DNA of 64,000 nucleotides. Source: Antechinus flavipes (Eukaryota). Under the pieces are notes generated by a model. It searched no databases, was not told where the DNA came from, and saw nothing but the letters and a program-made list of their open reading frames with translations. A program made the translations under genes and the position numbers. Each line of letters opens with the position of its first letter. Positions within the stretch are counted from its first letter, which is position 1. This document shows, in pieces, positions 1 to 12,879 of the stretch. The stretch lies in contig NC_067400.1 in NCBI RefSeq assembly GCF_016432865.1, positions 209,870,001-209,934,000 on the forward strand. The letters are read 5' to 3'.

Positions 1-27
1 ACAATTTTAAGATTCTTCATTGAACAA

Positions 28-150
28 GTTAATATTCATTCATTCATTAATTCAGTAAAAATGTTATTGAGTATTTACTGTGAAGAGTAGACTAGGGGAA
101 ATATTACAAGGAGAACTATGAAATGGTTCCTGCTTTTGAGGAGGTACTAT
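28..150 (-). mobile_element. L2 LINE 3' end fragment
   Basis: ATTCATTCATTCA...TTATTGAGTATTTACTGTG...TGGTTCCTGCTTTTGAGG is the reverse complement of the typical L2 3' terminus. Confidence 0.6.
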
Positions 151-696
151 CTAGTGTTGATTTGAAAGTGTTTGAACTCATGTCATTTTAAAAGCCAAGT
201 AGGGGTGTATTTATCATAAACATATTACCAACAGAAAATTCCTCCTAAGTTTTGCTTCTATTTTAACTTTCTATTGAATTGGAATGCATTCCTTAGATGT
301 AAAGACATTTTGGTTATTTTAAAACATGATTTGATTAAATGCAACGAATTTCAGATAACAGCAATATCTTTACGTCCAAGGAATGCAGGGTTTCTAAGTT
401 GTATTTATATCTTCGCTAATATAAGATGAGGAAGCATTAGTTGTTTTAGAGAATATTTATGGTTAAAGCAGCAAGTTTATTTGAAGCCTATTCACATTGG
501 CTTAAGATTTTCATAAGTCATCACTTTGTCTTTCTAGCTTTACGCCAGAGGTGAATTTTTCATGCATGAGTTTTTGACTAGCTTTCAAATACACTGGCAT
601 TTCTATGAGATTTTTTTCTTAAAGCTAGGAAACAACCATGAAAACAAATTACTAAAATTTAATGTATGGTGAGATTTTTAATGTAAAGAATCCTAT

Positions 697-810
697 TTCA
701 ATTCATTAAGAATTTTTAAGAACCTATTATGTGCAAAGCTCTGTGCACTGAGAGTATGAAGACAAAAAAAAAAAAAAGAAAAAAATGCTCTCACAGTTTA
801 CATTCTGATA
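697..810 (-). mobile_element. L2 LINE 3' end fragment
   Basis: TTCAATTCATTAAGAATTTTTAAGAACCTATTATGTGCAAAGCTCTGTGC...CACAGTTTACATTCT, an L2 3' signature. Confidence 0.6.
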
Positions 811-2044
811 AAAGACATTTGTATTAGCTGTTATAGTAGTGCTTTCTAATCTCATATGGGAAAAAACTCACAATGGTTTTACTGTAAATTTTTAGGGAAA
901 AAATACTTGAAGAAATATCTTTAATTATATGACTTTCTGAAGAGTATCATACTGATCTTTTCTCTTGTAAAATATAAGAACTTAGAATTAAATCTCTGAG
1001 AAACTGTGTTTACTTAAATTACAAATCTATTTTGTTCTTTTAGTTAAGTGATATTCAATTAATAGTGCCAACTTGAAACTAAGCTTTTTCTCTAATATCC
1101 CAGGAAACACTTTTTAGTCATTCATACTGATAACATGTCATTAACACAGTTAGAAAGAAGTAAACTAGTACAAAAAAATCACTGAAAAAGTACTAGTTAA
1201 CTTTAAAATATCTTTCACAAAATATGAAGAATAATAAAACAGCCATTTAACATTCTGCCAAAACAGCTTTGAGTTAACAAGAGAAGTCTGGCTCCAAGCA
1301 AGGACCACCAAACTAGATTCTAAAGATAGTGCTAAAAACACACTCAGCTGAAGCAACTCACATTCTTGTGGTGACCCAGTAACAAAGGGGAAGATTTGTT
1401 TATTTTTTCCTTTTCTGAAAAAGAAATGAAGCTGGGTCTTAGTTGATCTGACAAAACTCAGTTTACTCTACACATTTTAAGAATACTACAACAAATTTCT
1501 GTTGGAAAAGGGAGAGAAGGGTTGAGAGATGGAGAGAGACATAAAAAAGACAGAGGAAGGAAGGAAGAGAATGTGATTTGGTTCATGTCTAAGACTGTAC
1601 AAAATTTTAGTTGGTGTTTTATGTGAAATTTCTTGTATTTTCTCCAGAATGAATATGTCCAACAAAAAAAAATGGCACCATAAAAATGTATTATGAAAAA
1701 ATAACATTATTTGCCTTTTTTTTCTCTTAAAAAGTTTTTCTAAAGTAGAACATATGGGAGGAAACTCCACAATTTTTGTAAAGTATACATTAAAATGTTA
1801 GATCCTTGTGAGGAAGCATTCATTGAATCTATATGGTATCTTATTAAGTATTTAAGAAATACTTATTAATTGAGCAAAATAAAACATTGGTGGATACTTT
1901 GAAGCTGGCAAGATTTTGAATATAGCCCTAGTAAGAGACATACATATTTCAGTCACTTGAGGACATTTAATTAAATTCAGAAATAATCATCACTAGGTTG
2001 ATTTCTTGCTAATGAAATTTTTAGTCACAAAACACAGCAAGATA

Positions 2045-2250
2045 CAAAGAAAACAGAACTATATCTGGAGTCAGAAGAGTTGGATTTAAATTTTGACTCT
2101 GCTGAAATTTCCCCCAATGTGTTTGACTTACCTGTGGAATGTTAGGCAAGTCAAGTAATCTTTCTAAGTTTCAGTTTTCTCATCTATAAAATCAAAGGCC
2201 TGAATGTAAGGAGCTCTAAGGTCCATTTTAGTTCTGAATTTATAGTCCAT
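2045..2250 (+). mobile_element. MIR3/Ther-2-like CORE-SINE
   Basis: CORE motif CAGTTTTCTCATCTATAAAAT followed by the MIR3-type tail CTCTAAGGTCCATTTTAGTTCT. Confidence 0.6.
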
Positions 2251-2476
2251 TTTAAAAATTGTTATTTGTTTTATTCTGAACTTAAAAAATAAAACAAGCA
2301 TTTCCCTAACAATGTAAAATAGTAAAAAAAAAAAAAAAAAAAAGATTGTATATGAAATGTCAAATCTACTGTGTACAACTTGCTATTCCTTTTAAATAAT
2401 TAGCAAATTCATTAAGTAATTTTTTTCTTTCCTTTTTTTCTTCCCTCCTCATCCACCCTAGAGATGGCTACCATTA

Positions 2477-2645
2477 NNNNNNNNNNNNNNNNNNNNNNNN
2501 NNNNNNNNNNNNNNNNNNNNNNNNNNNNNNNNNNNNNNNNNNNNNNNNNNNNNNNNNNNNNNNNNNNNNNNNNNNNNNNNNNNNNNNNNNNNNNNNNNNN
2601 NNNNNNNNNNNNNNNNNNNNNNNNNNNNNNNNNNNNNNNNNNNNN
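2477..2645. other. Assembly gap (N run)
   Basis: Run of N. Confidence 1.
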
Positions 2646-2789
2646 CCATTCTATATATACTTCTATTTATCAATTCTTTTTCTGGATGCAGATAGTATCT
2701 TCCTACATATCTCTTTTGTAGTTATTTTGGATATTTATAATAGTCAAAATTATTTATTTACTCAAAATTGTTCTTAAAACAATATTGTT

Positions 2790-2919
2790 TGGGCAGCTAG
2801 GTGGGACAGTGGATAGAGCACTAGCTTGAGTTCAAATCTGACTTCAGACACTTAACATTTCTTAGCTGTGTGACCCTGGGCAAGTCACTTAACCCCAATT
2901 GCCTCGGGGCAGGGGGGGG
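2790..2919 (+). mobile_element. WSINE1-like tRNA-derived SINE with internal deletion, G-rich tail and 12-bp TSD
   Basis: GGGCAGCTAGGTGG...GAGTTCAAATC...TGTGACCCTGGGCAAGTCACTTAACCCCAATTGCCTC; TSD AACAATATTGTT at 2778-2789 and 2920-2931. Confidence 0.85.
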
Positions 2920-3844
2920 AACAATATTGTTATTACTGTATATAATTCTCTTGGTTCTGTTTATTTTGCACTCCATTATTTCATGTAAGTCTATAATGTT
3001 TTCTAAGATCATTGAGTTCATCATTTCTTGTTGCACAGTAGTATTTCATCGCAACCATATACTACAACTTTTCAGCCATTCCTCAATTAATGGGCATTCC
3101 TGAAATTTTTAGTTTTTTTTCTTTTTTTTTGCCATCACAAAGCTGCTATACATATTTTAAAATGTATAAATTGTTTTCATTTTTCTGTAATTATCTTGGG
3201 AAACAAACCTCCGTAATGGTATTGTTGGGTCAAATGGCATAGGTACTTTAATAACTCTTTGAGCATAATTCCATATTGCTTTCCAATATGGTTTAATCAG
3301 TTCCCAGTTCCACCAACAATGAATCAGTGCCCCAAGTTTTCCACATCTCTAACTTTTGTGGCTTTCACCTTCAAAATTTTAGCAAATATTACATGTATAA
3401 AACAATATATCAAGGTTGTTTTAATTTACATTTTTCTAATCAACAATGATTTAGAGCATTTTTTCACATGACTATAAATTATTTTGATTTCTTCCATTTC
3501 ATATATTTGTATATATTTGACATATAAGACCTTTACTTGAGAATCTGTTCATAACCTCCCCCCAATTTTCTGCTTTCTTCTGATCTTGCCTACATTTGTT
3601 TTATTTATAGAAAACCTTTTAAATTTAATATAATAGAAACTATCCATTTTATATATCATACTGCTCTCTATCTATTGTTCATTCATTAATTATTCACCTA
3701 TCTATGAATCTGACAGATAATATTTTCATGTTCTTCAAATTTTCCTGTGATATCGCTCTTTATATCTAGGTCATGTATCCATTTTGACCTTGTCTTGATA
3801 AATGGTGTAAGATATTGATCTATGCCCAACTTTTTCCCAACAAG

Positions 3845-4200
3845 TTGTTTTTTTAATTATAGCCTTTTATTTTCAAAATATATACGTGGATAATTTTTGA
3901 TATTCACCCCCTACAAAACCCTGTGTTCTAATTTTTTTCCCTCCATTCCCCCACCCCATCCTCCTGTTGGCATGTGCAATTCCTTTATACATATTTCCAC
4001 AAATATCATGTTGCACAAGAAAAATCAGATCAAAAAGGAAAAAAAATGAGAGAGAAAACAAAATGCAAGCAAAGAACAACAAAAAGAGTGAAAATACTAT
4101 GTTGTGGTCCACATTAAATTCTCACTGTCTTCTCTCTGGGTGCAGATGGCTTTCTTCACAAGATTATTGCAACTGGTCTGAATCACCTCATTGTTGATGA
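3845..4200 (-). mobile_element. Younger L1 3' UTR fragment nested in the older L1
   Basis: Homologous to 13480-13830 and 63675-64000 (GCACAAGAAAAATCAGATC, CTGGGTGCAGATGGC); flanked by CCCAACAA on both sides. Confidence 0.75.
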
Positions 4201-4547
4201 ATCCCAACAAATTTTTACCAAATTATGAATTCTTATTCCCAGAATTTATCTTTACACTTGTCAAATACAAGATTACTATGTTTATTTGCTGTTGGAAATC
4301 GTAAGTCTACTTTGTTCCACTGATTTACCTCTCTATTTTTTAACTGGTACCAGATAGTTTTGATAATTACAACTTTATAATAAAGGTTAAGATCTGTTAC
4401 AACTAAACCTTTTTTCTTTTACATTAAAAAAATTTGTTCCTATGATATTTTTGGATTTTTGCTCTTCCAAATGAATTTTATTTTATTTTTCTAATTCAGT
4501 AAAATATTTTTTGTTAATTTAATTAGGATGGACATGATGCAATATAC

Positions 4548-4731
4548 TCTTCTTTTCTTTTTCTTTTCTTTTTTTTTCTTTTCTTTTCTTTTCTTTTCTT
4601 TTTTTTGTGAGGCAAAAGTGACTTGCCCTGACTCACAAAGCTAGAAAGTGTTAAATTTCTATGATTTGAACTCAAGTCCTTCTAACTCCCACACCTGGTA
4701 CTGTATCCACTGTGCCATCTAGCTGTTCCTC
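4548..4731 (-). mobile_element. WSINE1-like SINE with (GAAAA)n tail
   Basis: Reverse-strand SINE: (TTTTC)n...GTGACTTGCCC...TTTGAACTCAAGTCC...TATCCACTGTGCCATCTAGCTG. Confidence 0.75.
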
Positions 4732-4830
4732 ACTCCATATACTCTTAAAAACCTATGTCGCATCATAGGAGGTTTTTATTTAGTCTATAAAGGTTAAATT
4801 TGCATTATTGAAGGACATAGTTATACTAAT

Positions 4831-5007
4831 GTGGGCAGCTAGATGGCACAATGGATAGAGTGCTGAATAGAATGAGGAGGACTTGAGTTCAGATATAGTT
4901 TCTCATCTACAAAAATGGAAAAGGAAATAGCAAACCAGGCTAGTATCTTTGCAAGAAAACCTCAAATAGGTCATGAAAAATTGTTCATGATTGAACTGAC
5001 TCAATAA
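4831..5007 (+). mobile_element. Mar1-like SINE (internally deleted)
   Basis: tRNA-like head GGGCAGCTAGATGG plus RTE-derived tail GGAAATAGCAAACC...AGTATCTTTGCAAGAAAACC. Confidence 0.7.
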
Positions 5008-7544
5008 ATCTACACTTACAAAATCACAGATGCCAAAAGAATTGTACAATTGGAAATTTAAAAATACTAGATTTTAACTGTGAGAAAGTTTTTGACAATC
5101 TTTTAAAATTATTTAACCAATCCAACTCAATAAGTCAGAAAAATTGAGGGAAGACTCATCAACCTCAAAAAAGAAATCTCACCTTTTAAAAAATCATCTT
5201 ATAAAACCTAAAGCAACTTGGTAGAACAAAGTAGGGGCCTGAAATGTGCTTAGTCTATTAGCATCGATAGCCTAATAATGAGACCAACAATATGAGAATC
5301 CAATGCAAGTTGTTAGATATAATAGAACTGCCTGACAAGGTTTGAAGTAGGGAGGAGTGAGGTCAAGAAACAGAGAGTCACACTAACATTCCTCCTTTGG
5401 AAACTCTAATTTCTTCCCCTTCCTTTTAAGATGGTACATTGCTTTGGAATGGTTTTCACTTTTTACTAATGATCCATTTTCTTCTGTCTTTTCCTTTCCT
5501 TTCCCTCTCTTTTCCTCTTTTCTACCACAAAGCAACAGCTGGATAATGGAGCAGAAAAGAATGTGGTTAGAGATATCTTTTGATTAAAGGTATATGTGTG
5601 AGAGGTAGGGGTGAAAGAGTATTGCTGAGGGCATTCATTTTATTATCTCTTCCCTCCTACCCCATCAAATAAATTCCAAAAAATTCCAAAAAATGTACTT
5701 GCTTATGTAGAGCACTGTGTGATACTGAATGAAATACACAATTTTGTGAGACACATGTCTGTTCTTCAGGAGTTCAAGTTCTGAGAGAAAAACAATTGAT
5801 TTTCTTAATTTCTAGCAGCATATCATCATCTGTTTGGATTCAGAAGGTGGAACAAATAAAATTATACTGTTTTAACTAATTCACAAGATACACACTTCTT
5901 TATTTAGCTTTCATAACTATACTGAATTGCCTGATTCTTTAAGATGACTGTAGCACTGAACATAGTGAAAAAGAATGATCCCTGAGAGCTTAGTTTCCTT
6001 TAACATCACCACAAAGCCTACAATAGTTTTAAGACTTATCCAAAGTCATAATGAACAAAGATGTTAGAGATAATGATTTTCTCAATTTTAAAAATATGCA
6101 AAGGCTATTTGCCCACATCCCTCACTGCTCATTCAGACTTTTATGACAAGATGGTCATTTGCATATTATGGCAGGTCTTCACAGCCTAAAGTGAAGAAGT
6201 AGCAAATATCATGATAATTTAGAGATATGGAAAATTCAGTATAATACCTACCATAGTCCTCCCTCATCTTCTTCAAAACAGAACCAAGCAAAAAATACTT
6301 TTTGCTTTACTGGGAAATGCGGGGGCAGGGTTCCTGAATTATCTGGATATTTCTTGACCTAACCTTGGAAAATTCTGGGATGAATTTTCTCATCTCCAGA
6401 ATATCTGAATCTGGTCAAGTATTGTATTTATTTAAAAGATGATATATTGTTGAGTCAAATTAGTCAAAGCATGAAATTTAGGTTTTGTGAAAGAATAAAA
6501 ACTAAGGATAAAGGTTTGCAAAACCTAATATGAACAGATAACCTTTTTATGATTTTTTTATAAATTAAAGAAAACAAGAGACGTTATTTAAACATTGCTC
6601 CTTCAGTGCTGTGAACTCAAGTAAGAGGCTATGTGAATGCATGAGAACTAGAAAGTGATAATGTCTTTAAGTGCAAGTGTAATGCAGGAAATAAGCCAGT
6701 TGCATAAATGCCAAAAAATATATTTGGTTCTTGAAACTATTTCAATGGTCTATGATGAAGAACCAATTTTTTTTTTAGCCCCATGCATTTTTTTTTCAAA
6801 TTCAAGAATGCCTTCTTTTAGGATGAGCCTTATAGTTCTAGAGATTGAAATGCAATACCTAGCAATTTAGCAGCAAAACCTAAAGGATTATCAAATTAAA
6901 CCTAAGGCACTATACATTCTACAGACTTGTTTTTAGTAAGTCTAGATAAAAAGAGAATTAATTCTTAAGAATTAATTCTAGTCAGCCAATAGCAGAGTAG
7001 ACTAATAGGAAAGTTTTCAAATTGCTTAGTTCATATTTTACTTTTTGACTAGTTGCCTAGATCACTGAGCTTAAAGCAAGAGTTTTGCCTCAGCTACTTC
7101 AGGGTGTCTTTTGGAATCCAGCCAAGGTCTGTTTCCTGGGGGTTCATGTCATATTCATTACACACTGGTCATGGCTATCCTACTTTTGGTTCAATTATAT
7201 GATTAGAAGTGAGAGTTAAGAGACTATTTCTCTTGAAGAACCAGTAATATGAAGCTGTTTGGTTTGGGACAGGTTAATAAAAATCATATTTACTATGTTG
7301 AAAAAGAAACTTGGGGTAATGAAAAGAAATGCTGATTGTGTAGTCAGAAAAATGAAATTTGAATCTTAGCTTCACCATCTACTAGCTACTCATATATCTT
7401 TGAATGTTCTGTTACCAAATATAAAATAGAAATAATATTTATACTATCCATTTCACAGGGTTGTTCTGAAGAGAAAAGTTTTGTAAATTGTGACATTTTA
7501 GATCAATCTCACTATTTCTATTATATTTACTAAAGTATATTCCA

Positions 7545-7680
7545 ATACAATCCAATAAATATTTACTGTTTCTACTATGTTCCAGGCGCACTGTGCTAAG
7601 CACTGGTGATACAATTAATAAAGAAAAAGATAGTACCTCTTTTCAAGGAATTTATCATCTAAGGGAGGGGGAGGAAACAC
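7545..7680 (-). mobile_element. L2 3' fragment
   Basis: CAATAAATATTTACTG...CTACTATGTTCCAGGCGCACTGTGCTAAGCACTGG. Confidence 0.65.
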
Positions 7681-8479
7681 AAAAGGAGAGAGGAAGGGAG
7701 AGTCTATGTATGGGGGAGTAATCATGAGATTCCCATCATGGGATCATCTTTCACAGAGCTGATCAGGTAGAGCAGCAGATGCTGAGTGGAATGCACCAAA
7801 AAGTCCAGCTTCTGCCCTCATTTTCCACCCTCTAACCCTCTAATCAGAGAAGAGAGAAAGTTGAATAAAGTGTTTTCAGTCAAGGCTTGCAGTTGACTTT
7901 TTGCTTTCATGCTGGTTTTTAACCAATATTTGGGACTTTTCAGGTCCTTCTAGAAAAGATATGTAACACACAAGAGAGTTTGGCTTGATCATTCACTTAG
8001 AAAAAACAAAGTGGATATAGACATTCTTTACATGTATATAAGTGGATAAGAATATCTATCATTCATATTATGAGATGCAATTGGATTTTCAGTTTTATAA
8101 AGCTTGTCCATTTTTATGGAATGGAAAACATAAAAGGAGAATGAGTTGGTCCTAGAATTAAGCAAGAGAGGAAGACTTCATTGAATTTTCCTTAGGAAAT
8201 TACAAAGCTTCTTTCATGACAATAGACTTATCCCAAAGGGAAAAAAAACCTACCATTTTTCTGCTTATAGAATGCTATGTTGTGTTCCACACTGTTCTCA
8301 ACGTTCTCTCTCTCTGGGTGTAGATGGCTCTCTTCATCATTGATAATATTTTCTTGTGATGTGGAGGTGACTATTTGTCATCTCAAATAGTCAAAGCTAT
8401 TTCTATGGTTAGCAAACCTGGCAGGTCCTAGAGAAAACAACTCTAACATCAGTCAACCAGTAAGAATTTATTAAGCATA

Positions 8480-11400
8480 AACTCCTTCTTGGTCATAGGC
8501 TCCCATCTCAGTAATTCTGTACCCCAGTACCAGATCGTTCATACTTCATTTACTATCATTTGTTGCCTGATTCCTTATTCTTCACCACAATTTTGCACCC
8601 CAAGCTATTCATCCCTTACATTGTTCCCTCTGGAATATCTGCTCCATTGATTTCATCTTAGATCCCACTCCTTACATATTCTGAGTTGTATTGATAATTG
8701 CTTCTCCTCTGATGATATAATCTTCATGATCATGTCAAAGATGCACTTTGACTCATTCTTTCTGACTCACTGGTTATGGTGGGGTATTGGGATACTATCT
8801 GTCCCCTATTACCTGCTTCCAGGTTCTCCCCCTACCACCAAGACTTAGTAATCACTCCTCTTTTGAGGCTACCAATCAAACTCTTGGTAAATGGTTATCT
8901 ACAGGCCTCCAGTCTTTCCTCAATGAGTTCAGTACCTGGCTCACAATCTTTCTCTCCTTCCTAACTCTTGTCCTCATACAAGGGAACCTCAAGATAGCGA
9001 TTTATACTCCTTTAAGCACTCTAACTTCCTCAACTTATCAGTTCACATAACCCACCCTTCCTTTCTATCTTAGTCCTTTACAAACACTATCATACTTTTG
9101 ATCTTCCATTTCTTTAACTGATCACATTTTCTTGGCATTCTGATAAACAGTGTTTACTGTTTTTCACCTACCACTATGACCTTCAAACATTCAACTTCTT
9201 ACTTCTCAACTGGACTATCATCCTTGAACTAGTTAAACTTTTCTACTTTCCCCATCTTGACCCCTGGTGGATCAGTTCAATGCTACACCATGCTTTTCTC
9301 TTGAATCCCTTATATATCCCTATCATATAGCCAATCTTGATCTGCTAAAGCCTCAGCCTTGGACAGTTCTATTATTTGCTTCTTTTGTTTCTACAAATGT
9401 ATATACCCAAGGAAGGTAGAAAAAATCATGCAAGAGTTCTGGGCCCTTCCTGCTGCAAGGCAATTTTTTTTTATACCTCCCTAATTAACTATGCCACTCA
9501 TCACAACAACTTTTCCAGAACTTTTCATTCTTTTTCAAATATCCCATGGTTCTTCCTCCTACCATGATCTGCTGAGAACCTTGCTTCATATTTTACTGAA
9601 AAAGTTCAGAGAGCTCCTCCTTTTCCCCTTCTTATCTCACAGCACCCAGATGCCTTCTGCCACTATTCTCTCCCTCAGCATTGCCTCATAGGAAGACATG
9701 ACCTTTCCTTCTACATGCACAAGTGATCCCATTCAATCCTGTCTTCATCAGCAATTTACCCCTTTTATTGTATTCATTTTTTTACTTATCTTCTGATCTC
9801 CTCTCATCTACTGTTTCTCTACTAGATACAAGCATGTCCATATCTCTCTCATCCTCAAAAAACCTTGACTGATCTAACCCCTCTATAACTCTCTTCTCTT
9901 TTTTCTGCCTAGACTTCTTTAAAATGCCACTATCTAAAATAGGTGATTTTGCTTCTACTCTTCTCACCAACTCAAGCCATAATATGGCTTCTGACCATAT
10001 CCTTCAAGTAAAACTACTCTCTCCAGAATTATTAATGATCTCTTAATTGCCAAAAAGTTAGATTTGGCATGATGGATGAAGATTTCTCAATCTTCATCAT
10101 TCTTGACTTCTCTACAATCTTTTATGCTGTTGAATTATCCTCTTTTCCTTTTTACTCCTTTTTTTTATTTTTTAGGTTTTTAGAACATTACACTTTCCTG
10201 GTTCTCCTCTATGTATTTATTTTATTATTCCTCCTCAATTTGTTTTACTGGATCTTTAGCCATGTCATGATTGCAAATGTACCTCTTCTCTTTCATTTTT
10301 CTTCTCCCTCTATATTTTGTTATTAATTATATCCACTCTCACAGATTTTATTATTATCTCCATGATGATAATTTTCAAATCTATATATTCAAGAGGTTAT
10401 TCTCTATGACTCCAGTTTAGTATCTCCAACTATCAGAAATCTCAAACTGGATGTCCTTTAGAAATCTTAAACTCTGTATATCTAAAACTTCATTCATTGT
10501 TCCCCCCCTCTTCTGCATAAACAAACAAACAAATAAATGATTTCTCACCTCTTCCTAACTTCTCTAAGACTGCCTGTGGTACCAACATCCTCTCAGTTAC
10601 AAAGACTCATAAATTAGTATCATCCTCAACTTTTCATTCTCTTTGACTTTCCTATATCCATTCTGTTGCTAAGGCCTCTTGATTTTACCTAATATCTCTC
10701 AGATATGCAATTTTTTTCTCTTCTGTCATCACTTTGGTTCTCATGCCTGAACTATTATAATAGCTTACTGGGTGGTCTGTTCGCTACAAGTCTCTCTTCC
10801 TACTCCAGTCTGTCTTACATTCAGTTGTCAAAGTGATCTTCCCAAAGTGCAGGTCTGATTATGTCATCTTCTCCTCACTTCCCTTCAGTAAACTTCAGTA
10901 TAACATTACATGAAGGATCAAAAATAAAACCTTTTGCATCAAAAATCCTTAATAATGTAATCTCCATCCTTCCATTCTTCTTATATCTTATACTTCTACC
11001 CTTTCCCTCCTTTCTGTAATCCAGTAATAATGATCTCCTTATTATTCCTTCATAAGACACTTTATCTCCCAACTCCAGGCATTTTAATTGGCATGGAATG
11101 CTCTCCTTTCTTATCTCTGACTCCTGGCTTCCTTCACATACTCAGTAAAATCCCAATTTATATAGAATGCTTTTACTGATTCCCTCTTAATTCTAGTATC
11201 TTCCCTCAGCTGATTTTTCCAATTAATCCTCTTTATAGCTTGTTTGTGTATAGTAATTTGCAAGTTATTTCTCCCATGAGATTGTGAGTTCCTTGAAAGC
11301 AAATTCTATCTTTTACCTTTCTTTTTGCTCCTTAGCATTTAACCCAATGCCTGGAACATAGTAGGTGCTTAATAAATGTTTATTGACCAGCTGACTGATC
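8480..11400 (+). mobile_element. Near-full-length L2 LINE (endonuclease + RT + 3' tail), decayed
   Basis: ORF2 start PLHCSLWN at about 8612; endonuclease stretch FQVLPLPPRLSNHSSFE...SFLNEFSTWLTIFLS (ORF 8787-9050); RT remnants including a degenerate YADD (CTC CAT GAT GAT at about 10358-10369); canonical 3' end GCCTGGAACATAGTAGGTGCTTAATAAATG...TGACTGA. Confidence 0.88.
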
Positions 11401-11414
11401 AATATGTTCTGTTG

Positions 11415-11700
11415 CAGGCTAAGTGACGTAGTGAACATAGCACTGAGTTTAGAATCAGGAAAACCTGAGTTCTAATCTTACCTCAATTATTAGCTGTGTT
11501 GCTTTAGGTGAATCAATTAACTTCTGTTTGCCACAGTTCCCTCATCTGTAAAATGGAGATGATAATAACACTTACCTCCCAGGGTTGTTGGGAGGATCAA
11601 CTAAGATAATAATTGTAAATCACTTAACACAATGCACATAATAAGTACAATTAGTACTTTTATTAGTACATAATAAGTGCAATATAAATATTAGCCATCT
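11415..11700 (+). mobile_element. MIR
   Basis: GAATCAGGAAAACCTGAGTTC...CAGTTCCCTCATCTGTAAAATGGAGATGATAATAAC...GGGTTGTTGGGAGGATCAA. Confidence 0.8.
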
Positions 11701-11799
11701 TTAATATTATTATTAATAATAAACAAAGACCGAAAGATTTAGTTGTTTGAGCTTATAAAAGGTTATAATAGTTTACTTTTGCCTAGTGATTTAAATTTT

Positions 11800-11990
11800 C
11801 TGAAACTCTTTAAATACAATTTCATATTTGATTCTCACAGCAACCCTGTAAAGTATTTTATTATCCACATTTTACAAAAGAGAAAATTGAAGCTCAGAAA
11901 GATTAAGTAATTTGCCCATTTACATTTACAAGTTGGGATTTGAACCCAGGTATTCCTGACTTAGCTTCAGCACTATAACCAATGCATTAC
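11800..11990 (-). mobile_element. MIR
   Basis: CACAGCAACCCTGT...ATTTTACAAAAGAGAAAATTGAAGCTCAGA...GGATTTGAACCCAGG. Confidence 0.75.
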
Positions 11991-12498
11991 AATTTCTTTG
12001 CATTCTCCCTCCCCCCAAAAAAGATTAACCCCAAAGTATACATTTGAGTGTTCCACCTCCTTGAGCTGTTAAGAAGTAGAACTGATCTGGCTGTCATCAT
12101 TATCAGCAACTCCATTCCCCTAGAGTGGTTTGGAGTTATATTTTATCTGGCTTTCCTTTGTCCAGTGTTTTTAATTTGCCTTTTAAAACAACAGCAAATG
12201 TCAAACCAGGACACTGAAGCACATCTGTGAAAACAAATGCTTAATCTTGCTGGAAATCAGTAATAATAAATCTATCTGGCTTCTTCTCAGAAGTCCATAG
12301 CTCCAAGGCTTGGTCAATTGTTTTAGAATCCCATGGCTCAGATTTGGAAGCTATTCTTTCAAGCAAGAAGTGGATTCAGAAAGCAGTCTCCTCAGTATTG
12401 TAATCATTTTTCTCCTAATTTCTAATGAACTTCAAAAAACTCTCAAGGCTACAATTAATATACATTTGAAAAAATATTCCAAAACAATTGCTGTTTTT

Positions 12499-12640
12499 TA
12501 GTTATTTGCAGTCATGTCTAACTCTCCATGATCTCATTTGCAGTTTTTTTGGCAAAGATACTGGAGTGGTTTGCCATTTCCTTTTTCAGATGATTTTACA
12601 GATGAGGAAACTGAGGTAAACAGGATTAAGTGATTTGTAT
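12499..12640 (-). mobile_element. Mar1-like SINE fragment
   Basis: TTTGGCAAAGATACTGGAGTGGTTTGCCATTTCC...ACAGATGAGGAAACTGAGG. Confidence 0.8.
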
Positions 12641-12879
12641 TAACAAATTAATCTACAAATTATTCTGAACCAGATTATTAACTTAAAACTACTTTCCAGT
12701 CAAATGTTTCCTTAAAGTTTCAAATACATTCACCCTATCAGTACTAGACTGAAATGAATTTTAGTTTCTTTCTGAGAGATAATATGTAGCCAAAAGACTC
12801 CTGGGTTAAGAATCCCTGTAGTTTGATGGATTGTGGGATAAAATAGGAGTTCAGCGATTTGAGTTTAAATTCCCATTTC

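Larger units (their letters stand above)
2250..4535 (-). mobile_element. Old marsupial L1 (3' UTR plus ORF2 C-terminal region), interrupted by a gap, a SINE and a second L1 fragment
   Basis: T-rich antisense L1 3' UTR and ORF2 motifs (AACTGGTACCAGATAGTTTTGATAATTAC; CTTCCAAATGAATTTTA); L1 sequence resumes across both nested insertions. Confidence 0.75.
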
